A stretch of 64,000 nt of DNA from contig NC_134031.1 of assembly GCF_964204645.1 (NCBI RefSeq), positions 13,255,807 through 13,319,806 of the forward strand. Reading direction: 5' to 3'. This document shows, one piece after another, positions 51,820 through 62,092 of this stretch (position 1 is its first letter; every line of letters begins with the position of its first letter). The stretch is from Tubulanus polymorphus (lineage: Eukaryota; Animalia; Nemertea). Made by a program: the position numbers and the translations under genes. The notes below the pieces were generated by a model. That model worked only from the letters and a program-made list of their open reading frames with translations. It was not told the DNA's origin and made no database searches.

Positions 51820-52924
51820 ATAGAAAATAAAAATAATGAATATCTAGAATCCAAAATGACCTTAGTCGTTTTATAAACAACTACAATCATACAGTACATC
51901 TGTTACATGTTATTATAAGAGAGTGCTTCATTTGAATATTGATCGATCAAACAGGTGTTGCACAACGTTGTTGTTATATTGGATAGCTAGCAGTTTTATA
52001 ATAAGCACGTAGTACATACAACACACACAAACCAGTTAGCCGGCATTGAACTACCACGTTTTCATTGGTTTCTGAAAGCGAGGTTTATTTAAATTAGCTC
52101 GGCCGTGACGACAGGAGGATAGTCATCATTCTCTCGTGATTAAAAGGAATATTTCAATGTTTTTACGGTAAGTTTTAGCAAAATTGCCCTATCGTCGACC
52201 TATAGAGTTTTCAGGGGATAAGCATCCCATTATTGAAAGGCGCCACGGGACGCTTATCCCCCGTCATTTCTACTTACACCCCCGGAGACCCACGTCAACC
52301 GGGATCTCCTTCAATGATTGGTAGAAATCACATTATATTAAAGGCGCCTAATGTAATTTCTACCAATCTCGAAATTCGAAACCGAAGGAGAAACCCGGAG
52401 AGTGGACGAAGGTGCATTTTCAAAATGCCTCTGCTGGCCAGAGCTACTCCAGTGGTTGAATGAATTGCCTTATATACTTAGCTAAAACACCTAAGTAAAT
52501 GTTGTTGGTGCTAAAAAAATATGTGAAATTTGAAATTATAAATTATTCCGAATGAAAAGAATGTAAGAATGAAAACTGATCAATGAATTATGTATTTTTA
52601 ACTTAATTATGATATAATTTTTAATCAAATTAGTAATCAATTACTATGTTAATTGATTAACAAATTCAAATTCAAATATTCATTTTAGCATACTCAGTGC
52701 TGCCATCTTTCAATTTAAGAAAAAACTAATAATAAGAAACGACTGTAATACAATATTCAAATAAAAACAAAATAAATTAATAAAAATAATGAATATCTAG
52801 AATCCGAAATGACTTATCTGGACAATTTAATTGCTCCACATAGATAGACAAAAGTAGTGAGATGGTGCCGTACGGCTCCCACATGGTGATATTCAATTAT
52901 TTTTTTTGCTTTTTTTCTAAAATA

Positions 52925-53224
52925 TTAATCCATTTTTTTTATTATCAATTTTGGAATTTCAGAAGTACTTTCATTTTTGATAGCAGTTGGTTCAGAATTA
53001 CTAATATCATGAATTTTATTTGATTTCTTATACCAATTACACCCAATCAAAATGAATACAATTACAAATCCAACTCTAAAATATAGATATTTATCAAATA
53101 TTCTATTATCAGAAGGAGTAGAAATAACAATATTTTCACCATTTTTATTAACATTTTTATTACTTATTTTTTCTTTTACAGCTTTTTTATATTCTTGTGA
53201 TTTAATTCTAATTGCCGAGACCAT
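52925..53224 (-). CDS. Hypothetical protein with a transmembrane segment (possibly the C-terminal part of the upstream gene)
   Basis: VGFVIVFILIGC; in frame directly after TGA 53225-53227. Confidence 0.6.
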   Translation of the reverse strand: MVSAIRIKSQEYKKAVKEKISNKNVNKNGENIVISTPSDNRIFDKYLYFRVGFVIVFILIGCNWYKKSNKIHDISNSEPTAIKNESTSEIPKLIIKKMD

Positions 53225-53831
53225 TCAATTTGTTTCTGAGTTCTCGGTTTTTTCTTCACAGTTAATTCCTTCACTTCTTTCACCTCGCTCATTTATTATA
53301 GAAATATTTTTACTTTCAATATTTGAAAATGTTATAACCCCGGTTGATAATAATGTCATAAATCCACCTAATTGAAATGATAAATATCCAATCCATTTAT
53401 TTAATTCAGTCATAACTAAATAGTCATTTTTTAAATCGGAATATAATCTATTTTCATTTTCAATTGGTAGTATATAATTACATAATTTACTATAACCTTT
53501 TACTACATTTTCTGATATCGCGTCATTAATTTTAGCTGTTCTCGCGGCTTCATAAATCTTAAATAATCTAATAATTTCAACTGATTTCATTGTATCTAAT
53601 TCATTATAAGTTAAATTTTTATCAACAAATTTTTTACATTTTCCAGATGCTATTAATATTTCTAATTGATGTTTACAATAAAGATAATATTCATAATTAT
53701 TATTTGTTGTAACATTATTTAAAGCACCATCATCTGGAGTTAATTTTGTTTCTGTTATTCCTAAATCATCTAAAGTTTTTTCAATTGGAACATCACCATT
53801 TTTAGATTTTATTTTGTTTTTCACCTCCCAT
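53225..53831 (-). CDS. Hypothetical Polinton protein; true start probably the ATG at 53831, followed by a 1-nt frameshift
   Basis: ~200-aa ORF with a hydrophobic C-terminal helix. The T7-GTTATA-TAAATG motif sits out of frame at 53829-53847. Confidence 0.7.
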
Positions 53832-53864
53832 TTATATAACAAAAAAATTAATTGTGTGATGTTG

Positions 53865-54113
53865 CAACTAGAATTTAACTAGAATGTAACTAGAATTCAA
53901 CTAGATTAACAAGCTAGTTGAAATATTGTTGTTTTTGTTTATTTCTAGTTAAATCTAGTTGATTTTTGTTTCAACTACTAACAACTAGAATTCAACTAGA
54001 ATGTAACTAGAATTAAACTAGATTAACAAGCTAGTTAAAATATTGTTAAATCTATTTGATTTTTGTTACAAATACCAATAACTAGAATTCAACGAGATTA
54101 ACAAACTAATTGA
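53865..54113. repeat. Intergenic array of ~11-bp AACTAGAAT motifs in direct and inverted orientation
   Basis: caactagaatttaactagaatgtaactagaattcaactagattaacaagctagtt occurs twice, with inverted ttctagttaaatctagttg between the copies. Confidence 0.85.
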
Positions 54114-54115
54114 AT

Positions 54116-54724
54116 TTAAATAAATTCATATTTAAATGGGTGTTGTAATCTAAATAGTAATTTTGATCTTTTAATATTTTTCAACTTATCCATATATTCA
54201 TTATGTAAATCATGTGGAATAATATCATTTTCCTCAAGTGCATTTTTCATCGATTTTCTATCTTTATTGTAGAATAAAACTAGAAATCTAATGTTTTCTC
54301 TAAAGTCTTTAACAATTGAATTATATTTTTGATTTAAAACCCAAGTTGTTATCCCAAAATGTCTCCCAGAGAAAGCTAAATAGCATAACTCACTTTCTCT
54401 AACTTTTGAATCATGTAGATTAGCACAATCATCTATAATGAATAATGTATTTGATCCTTTATAAATATCAATTGCTATTTTAATACAATTATCTAAATTT
54501 TCTTTTACTGTTTTAGGATCTAATATAATAAATTTATTATTCCTAGTAATATTTCTATCATAAGTTTGATTAAATTCATATGTTGGGCAAAATAATACTA
54601 TATTATCAAAATAGTTTTCATAAACAGGTTCTAATAAATTTAATATAAAATAAGTTTTTCCACAATTTGTTACACCAGAAATTAACATATTATGAGGCTC
54701 AAATATGAATAATTCCTTATTCAT
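54116..54724 (-). CDS. A32/FtsK-like genome-packaging ATPase
   Basis: Walker A ISGVTNCGKT, Walker B LFIIDD, arginine-finger region SGRHFGITTWVLNQ. Confidence 0.92.
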   Translation of the reverse strand: MNKELFIFEPHNMLISGVTNCGKTYFILNLLEPVYENYFDNIVLFCPTYEFNQTYDRNITRNNKFIILDPKTVKENLDNCIKIAIDIYKGSNTLFIIDDCANLHDSKVRESELCYLAFSGRHFGITTWVLNQKYNSIVKDFRENIRFLVLFYNKDRKSMKNALEENDIIPHDLHNEYMDKLKNIKRSKLLFRLQHPFKYEFI

Positions 54725-55624
54725 TTATATATTTTTAATTTTACTTGATAATATCCATTCATTGAATTTATCTGGCCATCCAACCCATTTTACCAAAGAA
54801 TATTTTTTTCTTTTAATAGTTTTTGTTTTTAATACTTTTTCAATTTTATATTCTTGTTCTAGATTTTCAGTAGTTAAACTTAATTCTTCTTCGTAAAAGT
54901 AGCCATCAACTTCTTCACAATCTAAATCTTCTAATTTATAGACATATACATTTATATCATATCCCTCTATCAATTTTGGTAAAACATCAATCCATTTAAA
55001 AGTATTATTTGCTGTAAAATATTTCCACATTCTTGTTCTTAATGTTCTATTAAATCGTTCAACAACTGCTGCTTTTTTATCCGATTTTGTTGAAAAATAT
55101 TCAATATTATGATTATCTAAGAGTTCATGAACAAGTGAATTATCAAACTCTTTTCCATCATCAAATTGTATTTTTTCTGGTTTTAGTTTATCATCCGAAA
55201 GAAATTTTCTTAAAACATTTGATGTTTGTACAGCATCTTTTCTATAAAGTGGGAAACTCCATACATAACGACTAAAAATATCAATTATATTCAATAACCA
55301 CCAATAATCATCATTATCTTTCTTAACATTTTTCATATCAATTAAATCTCCTTGCCACTGTTGATCTACATAACTTACCATAGTTTAACGAGTTTTATAT
55401 TTTCTAACAATTTTTTTATGTGTTGTGTATGTTGGTTGTTCTAACATAAATTCATTTATATCTTTATATTTAACTAAATTTTGTGGGGTTATCTTATCTA
55501 ATTTATCTTGTTTTACTTTACGCCATATATTTTTAGTAGAAGAATAAGCAACCGAACTCTCAGGGTTGTAATATAAATTTCTTAAATATTGTTCTTTAGT
55601 ATTAGGAGTTTTTTTACCACCCAT
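54725..55624 (-). pseudogene. Retroviral-like (rve) integrase with C-terminal chromodomain; nonsense codon at 55385-55387 and an apparent internal deletion
   Basis: YYNP N-terminus; QWQGDLIDM, IDIFSRY, QFDDGKEF, VVERFNRTL (DDE); YKIEKVLK...LVKWVGWPDKFNEWI. The usual segment after ...LIEGY appears to be missing. Confidence 0.9.
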
Positions 55625-55654
55625 TTATATATCCTTAATTTTAACTTTATATTT

Positions 55655-56903
55655 CTAATATTGAATACTATCTAATTGTGAATTTACAATATTTAATTGC
55701 GCGTCAGATATAATATAAATATGCATTTTAAAATTTAAGCTTCCTTTTTTCTTTTTCATGAATAATTGTATTCCATCTTTAGTGTTCTGTAGTTTTTTCC
55801 CAGAACCATGTAATGAATTATCCTCTGTTGTTCTAAAATCTAACCATAATGCATATTTATTGCCGGTATAATAATCAATTTGATTAATATTACAATTTTC
55901 AAATGATTTTACTTTTTCATTCATAAAATGTTTTCTAATTTCTGGCCATTGATCAATCATTCTCATTCCTTGGCAAAATATTTTATTTGCTATTCCTTCG
56001 ATAGTTATTTCTACTTTTGTTATTTCAGGATTATAATAATTATCTACCTTTATTGCACCATTAGAATATGTTGCAATGGTAAAAAATATTAATATACCTT
56101 TAATAGATCTTCTTGGGAAGTTAATATTCTCATTAATTATTTCATCATTTGCATTAATAGTTACGGTTTTAAATTTATCAATATAATCATATAATAATGA
56201 AAATCCTTGATTGTATTGAGTTTGAATTATACTTGAAATATTTTCATCAGTTACTGTATCATATTCTAAACATATATTCGATAATTTATAACTCATATCT
56301 TTAACAACGCTAGATAATACAATTTCATTTACAGGAGCAAATGTTATCTCAAATATAATATCTTCTTGAATTGCGTATTTATATAAAGGTGCATTATTAT
56401 TTATCAATTCAAAATCTAATGGAATTTTATATTTGCTTCCATAAATCTTTTTAATCAAATTATCTGTGGCACGAGTTACTATTACGTCATTAGCTCCTGA
56501 TCTTAATTTATTATGGTTTTCCGATTGGATGCCTTGAAATATCATATTATTTCTATTTTCTTTAGTTAACCATAAATCTTTATAATGCATAAATGAATTA
56601 TAATCATCTAATGAGAAAACTGTTTCCGGACCAATCTTTATAGTTAATTTTTTAATCAAATATCTTCCAACATTATCAACAACATAATTGTTATCATATA
56701 CCAGTTACTTTTATATTGGCTGATAAATAAATACTATTTGGAACATAAAAAGTATTTTGTGTTAACCTAGGAATTCTAACATATAAAGTTTCATCGGGAT
56801 TAATATTTGAAGGGTTATGAGTAATTATATGATATGATCTTTCTGCTTTAATAGCATTAGATATTCTAGAAATCTTAGAAGGACTTATATAACTCCCACT
56901 CAT
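55655..56903 (-). pseudogene. Major capsid protein (double jelly-roll), frameshifted at ~56695
   Basis: ITHNPSNINPDETLYVRIPRL...then NVGRYLIKKL...YKIPLDF...YKLSNICLEYD...PRRSIKGIL...YYNPEITKVEITIEG...YALWLDFRT...HGSG, matching adintovirus/Polinton hexon-type motifs. Confidence 0.85.
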
Positions 56904-56927
56904 TTATTAAACAAAAAAATTAATTAT

Positions 56928-58412
56928 TTATTTTTTATTATTTTTTTCTTGATATCTTTTTGATATCATATTTACTAACCCAAAAAGAATAGCACTTACA
57001 ACTGTGATTAAAAATAAAATAATATGTTCAGCAGCAAAGTTAAGAATATTACCTGCAGATTTCAATATAAAACCAACAATTGATGCAATAACTCCAGGTA
57101 AAGCTGCAGCAGATTTTTTAGATAGTTCCCATAAATATTTTGCTAATTTCTTTAAACCATCCTTAACTTTATCTTGTATAGAATTATTGCCTGGAGGTTT
57201 ATCTGGTTTATTGGGAGTGGGAGTAGGAGTAGATTTTAAAGCATTTGATATAGCTAAACCTATTGTTGTAAATACCATAGTTACAGATGTTAGAATTGAA
57301 AGAATTGTTATTCCTTCTAACTTAAATAATAATTTTATTCTGTCTTTTAATGATATTTTAGAATTTGGTTTTATCAACAAATCTTTAAAAATAACTTTTC
57401 ATCTATTAATATTATAATCATATGATTTTAATAATGTATCTCTTTCTTCTTTTTGTAATTCTTTGTTATATTTTAAATCATCTATTTCTTTTTCTAAACG
57501 TAATTCTTTTTGTCTATATTCTATTTCATCAATTACTTGATGATCTAAATCAGACTTTAATTGTTCTATTTCTTTATTTTTATCAGTTAATTCTTTTTCT
57601 AAAGTTCTAATTTTTTGATCTCTTATACTTTTATTATGTGCAATTTTATCAGCTTCATTTCTTATACTAATAATTTCTCTAATTGCTTCATCAGAAAATA
57701 TATTTAAATCTTCTAATTGTTGATCTGTTGCATCAAGTAATCCATTCGGTAAAAGTTTTTCAGTTTGAACTTCGTTTGATTTAATTTTACTAGTTTTGGA
57801 AGTTTTATTCTGTTCAGAAGTTGTTTCTATTTCCGATTTCTTTTTGATTATTTTAAATAAGTCATCAATTCTTTGTTTAAATACTCTTATATTATTATCT
57901 CTTTCTTCTTGTGTTACATTTTCTATTTCATTACTATTTCTTATTCTCTTAATTCTTTCTGTTTCTAAATTTTTCAAAGTTGATTCCGCTAATATTTTAC
58001 TTTGTCTTGTCCTTTGATTAGTGATATCAATATAATAATCACCATCCAAATGATAATAATATTTACCATCTAAAAACTTTAACTCTTGTGCTAAAATTCT
58101 GGTGTCTCTAAAATTTATATTATATTCAGATCTTTCAAATATATGTTGTAATCTAAGCGCTTGGTTTATATTTTCTAAATCTTGTCTTTCTAAACCTGGG
58201 TCTAAATTTTCAGGATTTATTCTCGATCTAGTTCTTCTATCAAATTCATCTGTTGATGGGGCTTTAGTATCAGGTCTTGATAAATTAGAATTATATGCCG
58301 TTTTATTATCATTACTGAAACTTGTTTCACTAAAATCAGGTTGTTGTTCATCACTTATACCGGGTTCATCTAAAGGATCCAATGGAATATCTTCTCCACC
58401 TTCTACATCCAT
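56928..58412 (-). pseudogene. Coiled-coil protein with C-terminal hydrophobic helices (conserved adintovirus-type membrane-active protein); in-frame stop at 57399-57401
   Basis: ORFs 57399-58412 and 56928-57380 are in frame; LKDRIKLLFKLEGITILSILT...LPGVIASIVGFIL. Confidence 0.75.
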
Positions 58413-58428
58413 TTATATAATAAAAAAA

Positions 58429-59757
58429 TTAAAATTTAAAATATAATATTCCTCCGATTACAATTCCTATACAAGTTATAGCTAATTTAGTATTTTCATG
58501 GGATTTATTATCATCATTTAGTTTAATTATATCATGTTGAATAATATCAGTTCTAATATCACCGTGTGGGTGCCGTACGGCACCATTTTCTGATGTATTA
58601 TAATCTTTTATTTTGGAATCATTATCCAATTTAATATTCTTAGTTTTAGTTTCTGTTGATTGAATATGTTTTTTATTTTTTTCACCTTCCATTAATTTTG
58701 GAGCAGTAATAATCTTTTTATTTATATCATTCAATCCAAATGAATTATTTATTGTTGCAGTTTTAATTAGATTATTATAACCAATTATATTTCCCATCTT
58801 CAATACTAAATCATTAGAAATAATTAATAGATTAGGGCCTATACAATAATTAAGTCTTACATGTGATTTATCTAAATAATTTTGATATCTTATAATGTTT
58901 TCTGGAATCGATCTATTTTTATCATTATGAATTGAATCTTCAAATAAAACTTTAAACTGTTTCTGCGCATCGAATGAAGTGTTATCATTTCCAATTATTG
59001 GGGATCTTGTTTCAACTTGAGCGCCTAAAATACATATCAAATAAATTCTAATAGATTGATTTATTCTTTGTATACCTGATTTTGTAAAACCTTCACCATT
59101 TTCTAAAATGAAATTAACCCAACCATTATTATTATCAATTCTATAATTATGATAAGCTGAAATTCTATGCATATAATCAATTCTTTTTATTTCAAACTCT
59201 TCACCAACACCTTGCAATTTACCATGCGCTCTGAAATCGGAATTAATATTTATATTAAATTCATTACATATTTTATAAAACTTAGATATATTAATATTAT
59301 TATCCAATTCTTTTAAATATTTAGACCCGGGTAAAGGACATTCTAATTCATTTAATATTATTCTGATTTGAAAATATGTGTGAAATCTAAATATTGTGTG
59401 AATTAATTTTAAATCAGAATACTTTAAATTTTTATCTAAGTTATTTAAATGATCATTCCAACTTATTCCACATCCTGTTGTTGCACAATAAACAGCAAAA
59501 TCTAATTGGTTGTGCCAATATTTCATATTAGATTCTACTTTATATATATGATATTCATCTCGAGTAAAAGTAACTTCATATGTATTAAATATATTTTCCA
59601 TTTTAGAAATAAAAAACTGTGATTCAGTAACATAAATTTCTAAATTAGTTAATGAATCTAAAACTACATTTTTATATGTAATATTTTTCTTAAAATCTAT
59701 TGCCGGAATATTATATTTAATTGATTTATTATATTGGAAAGCTTTTGGAAACCCCAT
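58429..59757 (-). CDS. Conserved hypothetical Polinton protein with a C-terminal membrane anchor
   Basis: 442 aa; WHNQLDFAVYCATTGCGIS, FRFHTYFQIRIIL, RINQSIRIYLICILGAQ; C-terminal LAITCIGIVIGGILYF. Confidence 0.8.
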   Translation of the reverse strand: MGFPKAFQYNKSIKYNIPAIDFKKNITYKNVVLDSLTNLEIYVTESQFFISKMENIFNTYEVTFTRDEYHIYKVESNMKYWHNQLDFAVYCATTGCGISWNDHLNNLDKNLKYSDLKLIHTIFRFHTYFQIRIILNELECPLPGSKYLKELDNNINISKFYKICNEFNININSDFRAHGKLQGVGEEFEIKRIDYMHRISAYHNYRIDNNNGWVNFILENGEGFTKSGIQRINQSIRIYLICILGAQVETRSPIIGNDNTSFDAQKQFKVLFEDSIHNDKNRSIPENIIRYQNYLDKSHVRLNYCIGPNLLIISNDLVLKMGNIIGYNNLIKTATINNSFGLNDINKKIITAPKLMEGEKNKKHIQSTETKTKNIKLDNDSKIKDYNTSENGAVRHPHGDIRTDIIQHDIIKLNDDNKSHENTKLAITCIGIVIGGILYFKF

Positions 59758-59773
59758 TTATATAACTAAAAAA

Positions 59774-60208
59774 TTAATAATTAACTAATTCTTTTAATAA
59801 TTTATCTTGTTCTTCAACTGTTATATGGCCATTTAAACTTATTATATAATCTAGTGTATTCTTTAATTTATTAATTTCTTTTATATTAGTTTTGATTTTT
59901 TCTTTATTACTTTTTATATTTAATTTTGAACTTATACCAGTTAAAACACTTGAACTTAATCCTAATACACCAATTGATATAGCTAAAGGTGTTAATGGGC
60001 TGAATATTGCTAGAAATGTTATTACAGAACTAATTGTAACCGAACCACTTATAATCAAATAATATATAATTTTACTTTTTAAATATTTTTTCTTTTTTAT
60101 CTTTAAGTCACTTTCAAATTCTAATATTTGTTTTTCTAAATATGTTTTTAATTTAGTTTTATTTATATCATGAGGAATAATATCAATATTATCAACTTTA
60201 TCTTCCAT
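59774..60208 (-). CDS. Two-TM membrane protein flanked by coiled coils
   Basis: Hydrophobic hairpin IIYYLIISGSVTISSVITFLAIF...LAISIGVLGLSSSVLTGIS; TAAATG start. Confidence 0.75.
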   Translation of the reverse strand: MEDKVDNIDIIPHDINKTKLKTYLEKQILEFESDLKIKKKKYLKSKIIYYLIISGSVTISSVITFLAIFSPLTPLAISIGVLGLSSSVLTGISSKLNIKSNKEKIKTNIKEINKLKNTLDYIISLNGHITVEEQDKLLKELVNY

Positions 60209-60227
60209 TTATTTAGAAAAAAAATTA

Positions 60228-60650
60228 CTAATTAGTAAATTTATACGCTACAAATATAACAATAACAGTTCCGCCTAAAATCCAAATTATTTCATATTTC
60301 TGTTGTTCTTTACTCGGGGTATAATAATCTGATAATTTAGGTTTGTATAGATGTAATTTTTCTTTATTTGTTACTGCGTTATATAAACTCATTGCATCAT
60401 CAACTGATTGAAAATCTCTATGTGAAATCTTCTGATCATATCATTCTTTATTGATGTAATCCATATAGTTTTGTCTCTTTTCTCTATATTCTTCTGCAGC
60501 TTTATTATATTTCTCTAACGCTAAGTTATGTCTTCTTTGTTCTCCTAATGAACTATTTTTATCAATATGTTTAAATAAATATCCACCACCAGTAAATGCC
60601 AAAGCGTTAACAATTGCCGATCCTATAATAGTTATAATTGCAGAAGCCAT
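60228..60650 (-). pseudogene. Small membrane protein with N- and C-terminal hydrophobic segments; premature TGA at 60441-60443
   Basis: MASAIITIIGSAIVNALAFTGG...EQRRHNLALE. The frame continues after the stop (YDQK...PKLSDYYTPSKEQQKYEIIWILGGTVIVIFVAYKF) to TAG 60228-60230. Confidence 0.75.
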
Positions 60651-60666
60651 TTATTTAGTAAAAAAA

Positions 60667-60895
60667 TTATGCATTTATATGGGAGGAATATTTTTTTTTT
60701 TCCAAATAATCAATAGTTAAATTAGATAAAGTAACTGCTAATGTTAATTTTAAAATATCATTTATATCAAATCTATCAACATTAACACTTCCCATTTTAA
60801 ATACTTTTTTTTAATACCATTGAATAACCAACAGTTCCAACTGATAGTAATGCTCCATTATATAATCCAGTTATTATCCACTTATTATCACTCAT
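60667..60895 (-). pseudogene. Small hydrophobic protein missed by the ORF track; frameshift in an A-run
   Basis: TAAATG at 60893-60898; MSDNKWIITGLYNGALLSVGTVGYSMVLKK / VFKMGSVNVDRFDINDILKLTLAVTLSNLTIDYLEKK. Confidence 0.65.
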
Positions 60896-60898
60896 TTA

Positions 60899-61252
60899 TT
60901 AATCAAAAAAATTACTATCTTCAAAATATTTAGTTATCTTAGTGATGATTATTTCAACATTTATTTTATTACTAGTTTCATTTGTATATATTTCAATTAT
61001 TATTTTTTTAATATCATCGATGATAAAATCTTCATCTAATTCATAAAATCTTAAAGATTCCTTAATTAAATTAGTAATCTTTTCTACATTTAATGTTTCT
61101 TTATCTATTGTTGTTTCATACTCAAATGTTGTTTCATTAGAAAATGCAATATTTTTGATATGTGTAATTACATCATTCATGTTAAATTTCATTTCTTTCT
61201 CACGTTTGAAATCAAATCCAAAACATATACTCGGTCCAACAGTTATATTCAT
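60899..61252 (-). CDS. Hypothetical protein
   Basis: 117-aa ORF with a T-tract/TAAATG start, packed between its neighbours. Confidence 0.65.
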   Translation of the reverse strand: MNITVGPSICFGFDFKREKEMKFNMNDVITHIKNIAFSNETTFEYETTIDKETLNVEKITNLIKESLRFYELDEDFIIDDIKKIIIEIYTNETSNKINVEIIITKITKYFEDSNFFD

Positions 61253-61268
61253 TTATATAGGTGAAAAA

Positions 61269-62024
61269 TTACTCTTTACATCTTATAACTAATTCATAAA
61301 TTACAGGAAAGTTATTCAAATCAATTAAATAACCATTGTGATTTCTTATTTCTAATTTAAAATTATTGAAATGCGGAATACAAGGTTTAAAATCACATTC
61401 AGCTAAATTATAATTTATTTGCGTTCCAAATTGTTTAACATTCTTCAATGGTAAAATATTTAATAAACCAGAATTACAAATTGTATCTTTAGTTGCTTCA
61501 AATGTTTTTGTAGGATCAATTAAATTGCAATAAATATAAAAATGTGTAAAAGGTATTATATTTGTATAAGTATCAATATTTGAATAATGTCTATCCGGAA
61601 GAATTCCAAACAGTTTAGCTAAAGGTTTTCTTACTAGAAATCTATGTTGTTCATTAGTTAACTTTATTCTTATTTTATTCGAACTATCACTTTTGATGAA
61701 TTTAATTTCAAATCGAGCAGCTGAGCCCATTTTTAAACGAGCTCTTTTATTAATATCTTGCGCTAATGTTTCTAAATTATATAATCCTGGTTTTAGATAG
61801 AGATGAAACCATTTATTCAAATTTCTATCATAAATTTTAAAAGCTAAATGATCAAGACTTTTATTCGATATATTATGAAAAGAATTACATAAACTTATAT
61901 TAACTAATTTTAAATCTACACAATTCTCGAATTCTCTATCTAATTGTACTAGTAAATTATGTGATTTATAATTTGTAAGTTTTCTAGAATCAACAAATAT
62001 TCTGTATTCTTTTAATTCTACCAT
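61269..62024 (-). CDS. Minor capsid protein (penton, single jelly-roll)
   Basis: IFVDS...LVNISLCNSFHNI...LKPGLYNLETL...FYIYCNLID...LEIRNHNGYLIDLNNFPVIYELVI. Confidence 0.8.
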   Translation of the reverse strand: MVELKEYRIFVDSRKLTNYKSHNLLVQLDREFENCVDLKLVNISLCNSFHNISNKSLDHLAFKIYDRNLNKWFHLYLKPGLYNLETLAQDINKRARLKMGSAARFEIKFIKSDSSNKIRIKLTNEQHRFLVRKPLAKLFGILPDRHYSNIDTYTNIIPFTHFYIYCNLIDPTKTFEATKDTICNSGLLNILPLKNVKQFGTQINYNLAECDFKPCIPHFNNFKLEIRNHNGYLIDLNNFPVIYELVIRCKE

Positions 62025-62092
62025 TATTTATAACATAAAAAAATTACCGCTCATCACTAAAAATTAATCTTAATAAAATTTTTCCTTAATAA

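Noticed and set aside
57004-58446. Plus-strand ORFs opposite Polinton genes (also 53052-53375, 54705-55275) and minus-strand ORFs opposite the LINE and Gypsy genes
   Set aside because: Antisense shadows of real genes; they lack the TAAATG start motif or any domain signal.
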